A DNA stretch of 63,812 bases, counting the filler, from Octopus bimaculoides (Eukaryota), in NCBI RefSeq assembly GCF_001194135.2. It is 6 parts of 5 records of this genome, joined end to end, with 100 filler letters (N's around TTAATTAATTAA, not from the genome) between each part and the next. Parts side by side here need not be neighbours in the genome. Positions count along the whole stretch, not along the records: positions 32,039 to 35,409 come from NC_068982.1; positions 35,510 to 59,787 come from NC_069003.1; 4 more parts are not named here. One strand, written 5' to 3'. The translations under genes and the position numbers were made by a program. Below are positions 33,725 to 47,963 of the stretch, in pieces. The notes beneath the pieces were generated by a model. That model was not told the origin of the DNA. It did not search any database and saw only the letters and a list, made by a program, of their open reading frames with translations. The stretch's first letter is position 1, and the number at the start of each line of letters is the position of its first letter.

Positions 33725-34499
33725 GGGGAGAGAAAGAATAAACTGTTATTTTTTCCTTCTATTTCACTACTAAGGTGTGTTAAAACAGAAATACAAAACA
33801 GTTCATGTAAAACACGAAAATATAAATAGTGCACGCATGCGTATCAGCGTCGAGATTAAGTTGTCGAGTTTTTTCACCCCCCGCCAACCCCGTCTCTTTG
33901 TATTTTCCATTTATATTTCAAGCAAGAATTTAGGTTTTGTTGATGAAATTTCATTACTGATTGATTAATAAACATAGCATAATAGCATTTTCGAGATACG
34001 ATGTGGTATAAACATACANNNNNNNNNNNNNNNNNNNNNNNNNNNNNNNNNNNNNNNNNNNNNNNNNNNNNNNNNNNNNNNNNNNNNNNNNNNNNNNNNN
34101 NNNNNNNNNNNNNNNNNNNNNNNNNNNNNNNNNNNNNNNNNNNNNNNNNNNNNNNNNNNNNNNNNNNNNNNNNNNNNNNNNNNNNNNNNNNNNNNNNNNN
34201 NNNNNNNNNNNNNNNNNNNNNNNNNNNNNNNNNNNNNNNNNNNNNNNNNNNNNNNNNNNNNNNNNNNNNNNNNNNNNNNNNNNNNNNNNNNNNNNNNNNN
34301 NNNNNNNNNNNNNNNNNNNNNNNNNNNNNNNNNNNNNNNNNNNNNNNNNNNNNNNNNNNNNNNNNNNNNNNNNNNNNNNNNNNNNNNNNNNNNNNNNNNN
34401 NNNNNNNNNNNNNNNNNNNNNNNNNNNNNNNNNNNNNNNNNNNNNNNNNNNNNNNNNNNNNNNNNNNNNNNNNNNNNNNNNNNNNNNNNNNNNNNNNNN

Positions 34500-35034
34500 N
34501 NATAGAACAGAAAAAAAATTTTGTATTCGGATTTATTTCATGTAAAAAATTGTCTTATTTCGATAATTTCAACCAATCACTGACAAGTATTCAGCTGTTT
34601 AAAGTTACTCCTAAGCGGTGTAAAGCGTATTTAATCTCCCTTACTTCTGACATTTTGCAGAGGCAACACACGTGTGTTCGTTTTCCCTAACCCTAACCCT
34701 AACCCTAACCCTAATTGACTTGCTCCTCCCCTCAAAAACCATGCCTTGTGCCTATAATAGAAAGGTTTATTAGCTACTGCCAATATGCTTCAGCCATTTT
34801 TGACAAGGAAATAATAATTTTATCACCGCCGCGAATCGTTTGTTTACGAAGTCAGTACTTAATTTTTACGGCTGAATGGACGTCAGTCATTAGTTGAAAT
34901 TACAGAAATACGACAACTTCAACATGAAATAACTTGCGATGTACGTTTTTTTGTTAAGAAGACTAAGAGAAACAGATGTTTTATATGACACATTCTACCA
35001 GTGTCCCAAGTTTCAAAGTGTTTCGTTAAGAAAA
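34500..35034. mobile_element. Foldback/MITE family copy with internal (CCCTAA)5
   Basis: Left arm remnant 34530-34600 and right arm 34875-35034 are inverted relative to each other. Perfect (CCCTAA)5 at 34685-34714. Confidence 0.75.
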
Positions 35035-36295
35035 TACTGGTGCCCCACTATTACCGACCAAGTTCTTCATTCATCAATTGTTTGCTTTTACAAAGAAATT
35101 CACAAATAAATAACGCGTCCGCGTGCACGAAGAGTTTTGTGTGTATTTGAAAGTTGGAATGTCATTGTGTATGTATATGTGCATGTAGTGTGTGTGTGTG
35201 TGTGTGTGCCTGTGCGCATGCGTATGTCTATGTATGTGTGTATGTGCGTGTATACAAACACATAAGTAGATATATTTAGTTGCATCTATACACGTTCTTT
35301 TTAATTCTCTATGAAATCACACACACACACACACACATGTATATATATATATGCAAACATTCAATGTCAACATGCAAATATGATGGGTATATATATATAT
35401 ATATATATANNNNNNNNNNNNNNNNNNNNNNNNNNNNNNNNNNNNNNNNNNNNTTAATTAATTAANNNNNNNNNNNNNNNNNNNNNNNNNNNNNNNNNNN
35501 NNNNNNNNNTATATATATATGTACATACACATATATACATACATCCGTAATACATGTATATATATATATATCTTTAGACAAAGAGCAGAAAAATAATTAA
35601 ATTGAAAATATATAACAAACCCAGCGAAAATATATTTTCGAAACAATCTCTCGATTTCCCAGAGGAAATTCTTTCGAGAATTTTAATGACTTCTGTTCAT
35701 CATTCTTCATTTTTTGCCTTTTTTTTTCTTTTTCTTTTCTGGTTTCTGATTACTTTCGTATTTTCTGTTTGTGTTTTTTATTTCAAAAACTGCAATAATT
35801 CTAAAAGCCGTCTATACAAAAGTTCTAGACTATAGAATATTTACTGAAGTCAGGTAAATAATTGGTATTACATATTTGTTTGTTTGTTCATGCTGCTCTT
35901 GTTGTGGTACTATTTGTTGCGTTTGATATGTTGCTCGTGTTCTTCGGTTTGTGGTGGGGGGGGGCTGTAAGTCTTGATGGAGCTGTTACTGATTTTGCCT
36001 CTGTGTTATATCATCCGCTATATTCAATATATGTGCCTAAATACTTGTCTAAGTCCGTGTATAATACATGCATATATANNNNNNNNNNNNNNNNNNNNNN
36101 NNNNNNNNNNNNNNNNNNNNNNNNNNNNNNNNNNNNNNNNNNNNNNNNNNNNNNNNNNNNTATATATATATATATATATACATAGAGAGAGAGAGAGAGA
36201 GAGAGAGATCCACAGAGAGACGGAGAGGCAGATAGATAGATAAATAATTAGATAGACAGCCATAATATGTCTGTGCATATCATGTATGTATTTTT

Positions 36296-36650
36296 TATTC
36301 TTTTATGTGTGTCAGCTGTTTGACTGCGGCTATGCTGGAGCACTGCCTTTAGTCGAACAAATCGACCCCAGGGCTTCTTCTTTGTAAGCCTAGTACCTGT
36401 TCTATCTGTCTCTTTTGCCGAAGCGCTTAGTTATGGAGACGTAAACACACCTACATCGGTTGTCGGGAGATGTGAGGGACAAAACACACATACACACAAA
36501 CATATACATATAAATATATATACGACGCATTTCTTTCAGTTTCTGTCTTTGAAATCCTCTCACAAAGCATTAATCGGGCCGAGGCTAAAGTAGAAGACAC
36601 TCGACCAGGGTGCTTTGCCGTGGGACTGAACCCAGATCCATGTGGTAGGC
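36296..36650 (-). mobile_element. Near-full-length SINE family A with internal CA/TA microsatellite
   Basis: 3' half 36296-36480, microsatellite 36481-36522, 5' half 36512-36650. Confidence 0.85.
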
Positions 36651-36719
36651 AATGTGCGTGTGTTTGAGTCTGTGTTTCACACTCACACATACACATACCG
36701 TTTGACAAGCGGTTTTCCT

Positions 36720-36895
36720 GTGCTTACCTAAAATCTGTAACAACGATGTTCGGGAAAAAAGGGATTGATGGAGCTAATATCTGGCTTTAAATGTGAAATA
36801 TAATAACTGGATCGATTTGTTCGACTAAAATTCTTCACGTCGGTGCTCCGGCATAGCCCCACTTTAATGATTGAAACAAGCATAAGATAAAAGAC
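36720..36895 (+). mobile_element. SINE family A, 3' end
   Basis: ggatcgatttgttcgactaaa..cggtgctccggcatagcc..atgattgaaacaagcataagataaaag. Confidence 0.7.
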
Positions 36896-37379
36896 ATAAG
36901 CAGGTGCATGGAATTTGCTTTTCAACACAACGTCCGTATTATACTAACATCGTCTTCAAATCATTTCAATTTTGTTTTTAATGCGATGAACGTCACCTGA
37001 GTGTGAAACGTAAATTCAATGGAATTCTGCGTGGTGACACGAAAATCATTAACTGTACAAATTAAATTATCATACGAAATCATTTTCATGTTCGCACTTA
37101 GATTGAGATTCCTTGTCTAAAACATCGTGACGCACACAAGCGCATACTTTCGTCAATACTTACATCGATTTCATAAAATATAACGACATATAATACTTTA
37201 CAAGCAGGATGTAGACATTTAACATACATTATATCAGGACTTCTTTTGACCTCTTTCAACTTTCCAATTCAACGAATACTTATTCTCACCTTTTCCACAT
37301 TCACACAGTCTTCCTTCCATTATCGAGCAAGCATGTGCGCGTGTGTGTGTATGCATGTGCGCGTGTGTGTGTATGTGTA

Positions 37380-37490
37380 TGCTCGTAGCTTAGTATTTTG
37401 GATTTTCGGTTCGCAATCGTATAATCGAGGGTTCGTTACTCGGTGGTGTTTTCTGTCCTTGAGCAAGACACTTTATTTCACAACGAAGGA
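37380..37490 (+). mobile_element. tRNA-derived SINE family D, 5' part
   Basis: Head followed by tgtccttgagcaagacactttatttcac, the reverse complement of the block at ~56995-57020. Confidence 0.65.
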
Positions 37491-40049
37491 AACAAATGGA
37501 AAACAAGACACGTAACATAAAGAATGAGTTGTCCACTGTTTTTCTCATCCGTATTTCGAGCATGATTGACCGCCACGCATCTATTTTTAAGTAAGGTTTA
37601 TATATATATATATATATTAGATATAAAGCAAACTTCAGGTAATGAGAGATCCTTGAAAAATTTAAACGCAAACGACAAGACAAACTTCTACAGGGACACA
37701 TCAGATACAACAGCCTTCTTAAACATGTACACCACATAGAAGAGAATTACAAGAATCAACCACGCCGAAGTAATTGTGGGTGAGAATGTGCCATTAAAAA
37801 CGATGAAACAGAGCTCAGTCGACTTTTGCTTAACCATAATCTGAGGGGTTACGTAAACGCCAGAAATAGAAAACCTTTATTTGGAACCAGACATACGAAC
37901 ATCTGGACAATCAATGGAATTTAAAAATGTGAACTAAGAAACGGATATCTTTATTTCATTACATAGAAAGTTACACAGAACCAAAATATGTGTTGCACAG
38001 CTAAGTCTTCAACTGAATAAAAAGCCATGCAAAGTATATTTGAAGATTGGATTTAACGTTTCAGTTGAATTTGTCTGTGAAATGCCTTGCCATTTTCGTT
38101 CTTTTTATTATAGAGGGAATAATTCGGAGAAGGAAGTCCTAGGTCGCTGCAACCCAATGTTAAAATAAGAAACTTGATTTTACATTGTCCATGGTACGGT
38201 TTTTATTAGGTTACTCTTTTTTTTTTATCAGTAGCTCCATCTCTAGAATTTTCTTTTCTTCTGATGTAGTTTTCCATAATTTGTTCTTCACACCTACCGA
38301 AGTGTTAGGTATGTTATTTAGCTGCATTCAAAACAAAAATCAAAGCGTATAAGTGACTGAGCTGAAGAAGTATGCTTCTCGAATGATGCTTCTGTCGTTC
38401 ATTATTCTCATAATTCAATTTGGGATGGGTTTCTTCGTCACGCAACTTCTTAATAATAGATAGAGTACAATACATCGTCAACAGTTCGGAGATCATCAAA
38501 TGTGTGAGTTCCCCTAATATGAATTAACAATATAACATGATACGGAAATGGCAAAGCATTCGCTTTGTCCATAGGAATGTGGTCCAAATACATCGTTCAC
38601 TGAATAATTCACAATATACACTTATATATCAATTTTTCTGTATTTTGTAGTTCGCATATATTTTCTTAAAAGATCCGTTTGCTTTCATTTTATATTGAAT
38701 TTTTTTCACGATGATAAACTTCTTATATCTACCTTCGTTGAATCTTTTCTCTCATCAGCCTGGTTTTCTAGCCTGTGAGTCACCTGTTCACTGTGACCTG
38801 CTTATATAAGTTGTTTCGTTTTTACCTTCATTTTTTCGCCTCTAATCTTTCTCTCTTCTTCATTATATCCTTACTACATCCGTTCTTTCTTATGAGAAAC
38901 AAAAATACCTTGGTCACAATTTCTTTTCCTGTTTCTAATTCTTCTTTGAATATACCTGATAATACCTCCTTAGTGGTTCATTCACCAAAATTTTCTTTTC
39001 ATGAGGAGCCTATATAATGTACAAACTAAAATTAGAAGCTCAAATCAATATTTACCCAAGTCTGTGAAAACATTTGTTAAGTATATTTCATATATAACTA
39101 TCATTAAAATACATTATAACATGATATAATACGATAGAAGTCATAGGCAAACAAAATCGTTTTGTTCTCCATTCTGTGTTGTAGATTATGTCTTCATGAA
39201 ACTTTGTGGTACTTTTGAAATCATCGTTCAAAAAGAGTCTATATTGGTTTATAAATTATTAAATTTTTATATAAATATGAATGTGTCTCTAGTTTAGATG
39301 TATTCTGTATCACTTGTTGAAAAGAAGTCTTACTATTTCCAATAAATAATTTATTGTAACAATAACGCTAGTAGGCAATATAGCTGGTCTTGAATCAGTA
39401 ATTTAAATACTATTTATTTCTCACTTTCAACCATAATCTAAGCTAAAACGCTTACTGCATTTATCAGGCAATCCTATCACTGTCTCATTGCAACTACTCA
39501 ATAAATATCCACATACTTGAAAATACTATCTACGCTCGGCAACCGATAGAAATTCAAGCCATCGAATTCTCTGACGTTGGAAGATTCAAATACACGGAAT
39601 CGACGACACTAGGGAGGAATTTGCTACTAAAAACCAATGAAACAATGCACAATCGCATTGCACTTAACCACAATTTAAGATATTTAAAATCTAAAATAGC
39701 AAAACCATCATTTAAAACCAACAACCTCGGGTAGTATATTTGCTTTCCTCCAAACGTAACGTGTATGTCTGGAATTATCATTCCAGGTATTTACACCTGC
39801 ACCTTGTACATCACAGAAACGCAGATTCTACGAGGATTAGCCTGAAAGACAAATACATTCGCTTCGTGTTCGTAATGTATGTATGTATGTATGTATGTAT
39901 GTATGCATGTATGTATGTATGTATTTACGTGTGTCGTGTGTCTGACCAAATTCTTACAAATAATTCTCTTTTGGTAACGTAAGTTGCAGCATCGATACTC
40001 ATTCACTGCCTACCTCTTAACAATTCCTTCAAGAATGTTCCACTGACAC

Positions 40050-41515
40050 CTTGTTGCTTTTTTTTGTTTTCTTTTTGCTCATTCTCTTAATCACTATTTT
40101 TCTCATTCCTTTCCATTTTGCTTTATTTTCTTCCTTTCGTAGCCTATTTATTAATTCACTTTTCTTCTCTCTTTCATTCGGTTTTCATCTCCTCTCCAAT
40201 CCATTTTTCTTTTCCTATATTTTTAATCTATTTATTTTTTCTTTCTATTTCATATTTCTTTATTGTTTTTCATTCATAGTTTATTTATTTTTTCTCATTT
40301 TACTTTTATTTTTCACTTTTATCATTCATTATTCATTCGTCGTTCTTCTTTTCTTTCTTACATTCACTTCCTTTACAATAAATTTCCTTCTATTATTCAT
40401 TCAACATTTCTTTCCTGATCTCATTCCATACTTTCTAAATCTGCTCTTTTCTCTCACGTTTTGATTCTTTAATTTTCCTTCGTTCCTTTCTCTCCTATTT
40501 TCCTTTTAGTCTTTCCTTCATTACTTCCCTTTCTCTCTCTTTCTTTTGATCTCCTTCGTTTGCTTCGTTCTTCTTTTATTTATTCATCAGTCCTTTCCGT
40601 CTCTATATGTCTCCAATTCCATTACCAGTTAACATCATTTCTTTCATTCTTTCTTTCTCTTCCTTTTACCATTCCTAACTTTCTTTCTTCCCTTTTCTTT
40701 CCTTCCTTCTTTATTTATTTCCCATCATCATTTTTTAACGTACCTCATTCAATTTTCTTTTCTTTATTCTTCTCTATCATTCTCTGTTTCTTTATTTCCC
40801 TTCCTCCGTTCTTTCTTTTAGTCTTTCTTTCATTTGTTTTTCATTTACTCATTAAACACATTATTTCATTCTTTCTCCTTATCTTTCCCTATTCCTGACT
40901 CTTTTCTTTAATTCTGTTTGTCTTCGCTACGCCATTGTGTTTGTTGTTTTTGCTGTTGTCTCCGTAGTTACGTTACACGCGTTCTCGCCATTGCTTGGTT
41001 TTCTTCTAATTGCAAATCTCATTGTTTCTGTTGTTGTCAAAGTAGTTACCATTGTTGACATAATTGTTACGTTGGTTGCCATTGCGCATGCTGTTGTTGC
41101 CACCGTTTTCAAAGTCGCATTTTTTTGATACTCTGTTTAATAGTAATACTTCTGTTGATGATGCTATTGTCGGTGGTGTTCTTGTTATTGTTCCTAGCAT
41201 ATAATAGCTCGTAGCGCATTTGTATTCAGTATTCTTTTCTTTGCTGTTGTTGTTGTTGTTCTTGTTATTGTTGTTCTTGTTCTTGTACTCCTTCGCGAAA
41301 TATAGATTTAAAACATTTCTAAGATCTCCAACATAAAAGAAACATGGAGGAAGATGCTTTACGGTTTCAAATGGGATAAAAAAAAAAGATATTTTGCGGT
41401 TTACAATTATAATTTCCAGGTGTCTTTACAAATTGTTTCTGCCTCCAGTTTTTACACCAATCTTGGTCTCTCTCGTTTGCTCTATTTCCTCTCTCACTCA
41501 CCCTCTCTATCTTTC

Positions 41516-41559
<44 letters not shown>

Positions 41560-41820
41560 TCACACGTTACTTTTTATCTCGTTTACAACTAAACTAAATC
41601 GTTATCTTCCTTTCTTTATCTCTGATTTTCATAGCTTCAAAATGAAGAACTTTATCCAGCTCCATCTCTCCCGCTTGCTCTTTCACTTACTCTCACTATT
41701 TTCCGCGCTTTCCTTTTCTCTCTCTCTCTCCCCTCTCCCCCCTCTCTCCCCCCTCTCTCTCTCTTCCCCTCTTTATCTTGGTCTCTTCCATTTACCTTTC
41801 TTTCTTGATCTCAAATTCTC
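40050..41820 (+). repeat. Long pyrimidine-rich low-complexity region with a GTT-rich insert (40925-41290)
   Basis: T/C-rich sequence on + and a (CTTT)n run at ~41515-41560. Confidence 0.85.
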
Positions 41821-42585
41821 ACTGAGTCTTAAATTATACTGAACGATGAAGGACGACTACCGCTCGAACATATTTATTCATTATGCAAAATGTGAATCTA
41901 TAGATTTATTGGTACAGAATGCATGCACGTATTCTTTTATTCTTTTACTCTTTTAATTGTTTCAGTCATTCGCCTGCGATCATGCTGGAGCAGGGCCTTT
42001 CGGGGATTTTTAGTCGTCTCTCTCTCTCTCACTATNNNNNNNNNNNNNNNNNNNNNNNNNNNNNNNNNNNNNNNNNNNNNNNNNNNNNNNNNNNNNNNNN
42101 NNNNNNNNNNNNNNNNNNNNNNNNNNNNNNNNNNNNNNNNNNNNNNNNNNNNNNNNNNNNNNNNNNNNNNNNNNNNNNNNNNNNNNNNNNNNNNNNNNNN
42201 NNNNNNNNNNNNNNNNNNNNNNNNNNNNNNNNNNNNNNNNNNNNNNNNNNNNNNNNNNNNNNNNNNNNNNNNNNNNNNNNNNNNNNNNNNNNNNNNNNNN
42301 NNNNNNNNNNNNNNNNNNNNNNNNNNNNNNNNNNNNNNNNNNNNNNNNNNNNNNNNNNNNNNNNNNNNNNNNNNNNNNNNNNNNNNNNNNNNNNNNNNNN
42401 NNNNNNNNNNNNNNNNNNNNNNNNNNNNNNNNNNNNNNNNNNNNNNNNNNNNNNNNNNNNNNNNNNNNNNNNNNNNNNNNNNNNNNNNNNNNNNNNNNNN
42501 NNNNNNNNNNNNNNNNNNNNNNNNNNNNNNNNNNNNNNNNNNNNNNNNNNNNNNNNNNNNNNNNNNNNNNNNNNNNNNNNNNNNN

Positions 42586-42655
<70 letters not shown>

Positions 42656-42951
42656 GAACACTCAGATATATATAAACACACACTCAAGCAAACAAATATT
42701 TATACTTTCATACATAACAGAATATACCTGTGGGAGTATGTATACGTATGCATGTGTATGTGTGTATGTATATTAGTTATCAAATATATACACCCATATA
42801 CTGATGTCAGACTGTGCCTGAAGCTCGAAGAAATCTGTGCAGGAACATTTGCCAAAATGTTATGTAGATATCCTAATGGAAATTTCGGTGTCTGTTGAAG
42901 CACATAAATATATATGGCAGTAAACTTGGGAAATATATTTTAGCGCACACG

Positions 42952-43015
<64 letters not shown>

Positions 43016-43345
43016 CACACACATACACACACACACACATACCTGTGTGTATATGCGTGTGTGTCAATGCATCTATTCGACTTTATCTCTCCGTATGATT
43101 CTACGCGTGTATCTCTCATCCCAAGAATTAACGCAGTGAAAAATCATATATCTTTTCGCCCTGATATAATTATTCTTTAACAACTCGCAAGTTCTCTCGA
43201 TGGGAAGAAAAGGATATGAGTTCTGTGGATCGATTCACCATTTTCTATAACAAATAATGGGACTCAGTACCCAAAATTTCAATTCTTTCATTTTCGTGTG
43301 TGTGAATGGCGTGGAATTGTTCCTGTGTACTAATGCCTTCCAGAA

Positions 43346-43378
<33 letters not shown>

Positions 43379-44996
43379 AATGTATAGGGAGAGAGAAATA
43401 GAGAGCGTTGTTAGGGAGAGTGAGAGAGAGAAAAGGAGAAAGAAAGCGCGAACTGAGATTGTAAGAGGTACAATTATGGATAATTAGTAGTATATTTAGT
43501 CTCGGAAGCAAAGACACGATTGTATTCAATCAAGTGTAGGAGATCTGAGAATGGTTAGTGTTGAAGAAGGTAGCTTGTTGATAATATCGCGTGTAATATG
43601 CCTTATGTATCGACACACCTCATCTGATGGCTTGCATGGAAGGTCACGTTCAGTGTAAAGGTTTATTCCACATCACTCAATAAATTTGTCTTAATTTGAA
43701 TATTGTATGTACGTATCTATGCTGATGTATGTGTTTATATTTGTGTGCATTATTGGGAAACTTCAATGGAGATTCATCATTATTATTGCTACCACGATTG
43801 ATTGAATCTACAAGTTGAGTTAATATAGAATCTACAGATATTGTTATGCTCTTATTGCTGTTCTTGGTGCCAGAAATGATGCTGGTTTATTGTCCTAGTT
43901 CGTCCCCGCTAAAAGTAATAGCTAAAACCTCTCAAATCACAACGTAAAAATGAAAGAAAGATGCACTGTCTTAGACATAAACACACGAAATTGGTACGGT
44001 TAGAGCGTATGTGTTTATAGTTCTGCTCAATCACATCAGATGAACTAAACAACGACAACCTTCACAATATTTCAGATATACATTTTAACATATCATTAAC
44101 GGTATTCGAACCCTAAACATTTTTGCTTATTATCATGCTAAAATTACCAAGGTCAAGAATATCTAAGACATAATAATGTATAAACTAAGGAGAACTGACT
44201 ATTATTCTCTGCTAGTCGTATAAACCATACAGTGTCCCCCTAATGGAGTCAAATGTTTGCCTTCATTTGGTGTTGTTTATCCAAATAATTATGATTCGTT
44301 TCCCGTACTTTATCCCGTCTCAATCTTCGATTTCGTAAATAATTTTAACGTTTAACAAATCAGTGAAATTTCTTATTTCATCTATGGCATCTGGAATTCC
44401 GCTTTTTATTTCAAATTTTGAAATCCCAAATCAGCCCCAAAAATTTCTAAACTTTCCACAGTGCCACATTTTCTCCGTCTATGCTCACTTCCTTGTTTTA
44501 ATAAATACACATTCCTTAACAGATACACGTTCACAATGCTTAATTTACCCAAGAGCATCCTTTGTTACCCTTGTAAACACCAACGTCAGGCCTAACCAGC
44601 TAAATCTGTGATTGTGTATTTCAATAGTGGCCACCTTTCATTGGATTTCCACATAATTATCCGATATTCAGCTATTAAGCATCATGATTAAAAAAAAAAA
44701 CACAAGACATCAGAAATTACACAATGAATTATCTTATAGAAGCGCGGGTAAATCATTGTATTTTCTGCTATTAACAAAAATGTTAGACGTTATTATTAAA
44801 TTATTAAGAGAATTATAATCAACAAATCGATCGCATCCGTAACCGATGCATCTCGAGTGTTTAGCTCGGAGCAACAATCTCTAGCGAAATTTACAGCGTT
44901 CAATTACATACTGATCTGTTCCAGAAAAGACGTGGGTGATGCTGAAGTTGTTGTGTAGAGATACTGTTCCAATATACACATGTATATACACACAGA

Positions 44997-45030
<34 letters not shown>

Positions 45031-46624
45031 NNNNNNNNNNNNNNNNNNNNNNNNNNNNNNNNNNNNNNNNNNNNNNNNNNNNNNNNNNNNNNNNNNNNNN
45101 NNNNNNNNNNNNNNNNNNNNNNNNNNNNNNNNNNNNNNNNNNNNNNNNNNNNNNNNNNNNNNNNNNNNNNNNNNNNNNNNNNNNNNNNNNNNNNNNNNNN
45201 NNNNNNNNNNNNNNNNNNNNNNNNNNNNNNNNNNNNNNNNNNNNNNNNNNNNNNNNNNNNNNNNNNNNNNNNNNNNNNNNNNNNNNNNNNNNNNNNNNNN
45301 NNNNNNNNNNNNNNNNNNNNNNNNNNNNNNNNNNNNNNNNNNNNNNNNNNNNNNNNNNNNNNNNNNNNNNNNNNNNNNNNNNNNNNNNNNNNNNNNNNNN
45401 NNNNNNNNNNNNNNNNNNNNNNNNNNNNNNNNNNNNNNNNNNNNNNNNNNNNNNNNNNNNNNNNNNNNNNNNNNNNNNNNNNNNNNNNNNNNNNNNNNNN
45501 NNNNNNNNNNNNNNNNNNNNNNNNNNNNNNNNNNNNNNNNNNNNNNNNNNNNNNNNNNNNNNNNNNNNNNNNNNNNNNNNNNNNNNNNNNNNNNNNNNNN
45601 NNNNNNNNNNNNNNNNNNNNNNNNNNNNNNNNNNNNNNNNNNNNNNNNNNNNNNNNNNNNNNNNNNNNNNNNNNNNNNNNNNNNNNNNNNNNNNNNNNNN
45701 NNNNNNNNNNNNNNNNNNNNNNNNNNNNNNNNNNNNNNNNNNNNNNNNNNNNNNNNNNNNNNNNNNNNNNNNNNNNNNNNNNNNNNNNNNNNNNNNNNNN
45801 NNNNNNNNNNNNNNNNNNNNNNNNNNNNNNNNNNNNNNNNNNNNNNNNNNNNNNNNNNNNNNNNNNNNNNNNNNNNNNNNNNNNNNNNNNNNNNNNNNNN
45901 NNNNNNNNNNATATATATATATATATACATGTGTATATAAATGGCAAGAGATCTATAAGAGTTTGTTTCTTGGTAAATAGCCATAAGCAGTCTCTCTGAA
46001 TTCAATTGCTGGCTGGTATAAGAATTAACTTCTAGGCTGCATTGCGGTTTTGGTTGATTGGGAAAAGTTAGCTTAACGTTTTGCTAATTCATTTTTTATG
46101 GGCAACTACATAATAAATTAACTTAGCAAAGAACAACGTTTGAATTCTAATCAAGTCGATATTTGAAAGAAGAATTTATGGCAAGATAAATTTGTCAAGC
46201 ACTTAGCCAAACAGACTGATCAATATGACCAAGATATACAAAAGACCAATCATTGGGAGAAGAAAAAAAAACGTAACGGAATATTGGTTTTGTAGGTCTT
46301 ATATGTTCGGTTAATCAGGAAATAAGTTGATAACTTGAGACAGAAACTAAAGATTATAGAATAGTTCAGGTATTTGTGAACGTAAGTCCTAGGATATGAC
46401 ATGATCTCTTCTCGCGGTAAATAAAAAAAAATTACACTCCACCTCTGTTAATTGTCACAAACACTCACACACTAATACACACTACAAGTCACACACAGTC
46501 TCACTCATTAATACACAAACACACACACACACTCAGATATAATTACCCGATCAACGGCGGGTATTACTGCTAGTATATATGTGCGTATGTTTGTCAAAAC
46601 TTTGGATTTCGTAAAGCGAGACAC

Positions 46625-46975
46625 ATCCTACATCGTGCCACTCCGTCGGTTACAACGATGTGCGTTGCATTTGATCCAGTTAACAGAACAGCCTGCCCGT
46701 GAAATTAACGTGCAAGTGGCTGAGCACTCCACAGACATCTGTGCCCTTAAAGTACTTCTCGGGGAGATTCAGCATGACACAGTGTGACGAGGCTGGTCCT
46801 TTGAAATAAAGATTGTGGGAAAGTTGCCTTGAAAGAATACAGCATAGTTCGCCAAAACCCCCCTGCTAGACCCTCGAGGAGCTTTAGGTGTTTTGGCTCA
46901 ATAAACACCCAGGCTGGAAATCGAAACTGCGATCCTATGCCTACGAGTCTACTGTCCTAACTGGTCCATTGTGTC
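46625..46975 (-). mobile_element. SINE family D-related (tRNA head at right, LINE-derived tail at left)
   Basis: catcgtgccactccgtcggttac..aacagcctgcccgtgaaattaacgtgcaagtggctgagcactccacagac.. and an antisense B-box ggaaatcgaaac at ~46916. Confidence 0.7.
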
Positions 46976-47932
46976 TCCACAAATTCTACATTGATAGTTA
47001 ATTCTTATATTCTTTAATGGAGTAAACAATGCATTTTCAAAATGTTGCCTTCGTTCTGAATTTTTGTAATACACGGTAGTTGTGAGAAATCTTCTCAGAG
47101 AAATACGACATTATGTCGTCATTAAACAAGTTGCTCTGTGTTTCTTTACTTTTTTTTTGTTTTTCGCTTGGTGTATTTTGATTTGATTTCATTTATTAAG
47201 AAGTGTGCAAAATAATTATTGTAATTCGATAAATATTATTGCAACCCACAGGATGTTTTTTAAATGTGAAAATAACAGTAGCAACACCAATAATCGTAGC
47301 AATTATGTATATGTCTGTGTGTGTGCTTCTGTGTGCGTGTATGTGAGTTTGCCTAAATATATTTATCCATGTATATATATANNNNNNNNNNNNNNNNNNN
47401 NNNNNNNNNNNNNNNNNNNNNNNNNNNNNNNNNNNNNNNNNNNNNNNNNNNNNNNNNNNNNNNNNNNNNNNNNNNNNNNNNNNNNNNNNNNNNNNNNNNN
47501 NNNNNNNNNNNNNNNNNNNNNNNNNNNNNNNNNNNNNNNNNNNNNNNNNNNNNNNNNNNNNNNNNNNNNNNNNNNNNNNNNNNNNNNNNNNNNNNNNNNN
47601 NNNNNNNNNNNNNNNNNNNNNNNNNNNNNNNNNNNNNNNNNNNNNNNNNNNNNNNNNNNNNNNNNNNNNNNNNNNNNNNNNNNNNNNNNNNNNNNNNNNN
47701 NNNNNNNNNNNNNNNNNNNNNNNNNNNNNNNNNNNNNNNNNNNNNNNNNNNNNNNNNNNNNNNNNNNNNNNNNNNNNNNNNNNNNNNNNNNNNNNNNNNN
47801 NNNNNNNNNNNNNNNNNNNNNNNNNNNNNNNNNNNNNNNNNNNNNNNNNNNNNNNNNNNNNNNNNNNNNATATATATATATATATATATATATACTACAT
47901 ATACATATTTATATAGATAGATAAATATAGAA

Positions 47933-47963
<31 letters not shown>

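Noticed and set aside
37625-37925. ~95-codon + frame with one internal stop (NERSLKNLNANDK..)
   Set aside because: No recognisable motif or convincing acceptor; cannot be supported.
39445-39735. ~95-codon open + frame with faint LRR-like spacing
   Set aside because: The leucine-rich-repeat consensus is not met and there are no clear splice sites.
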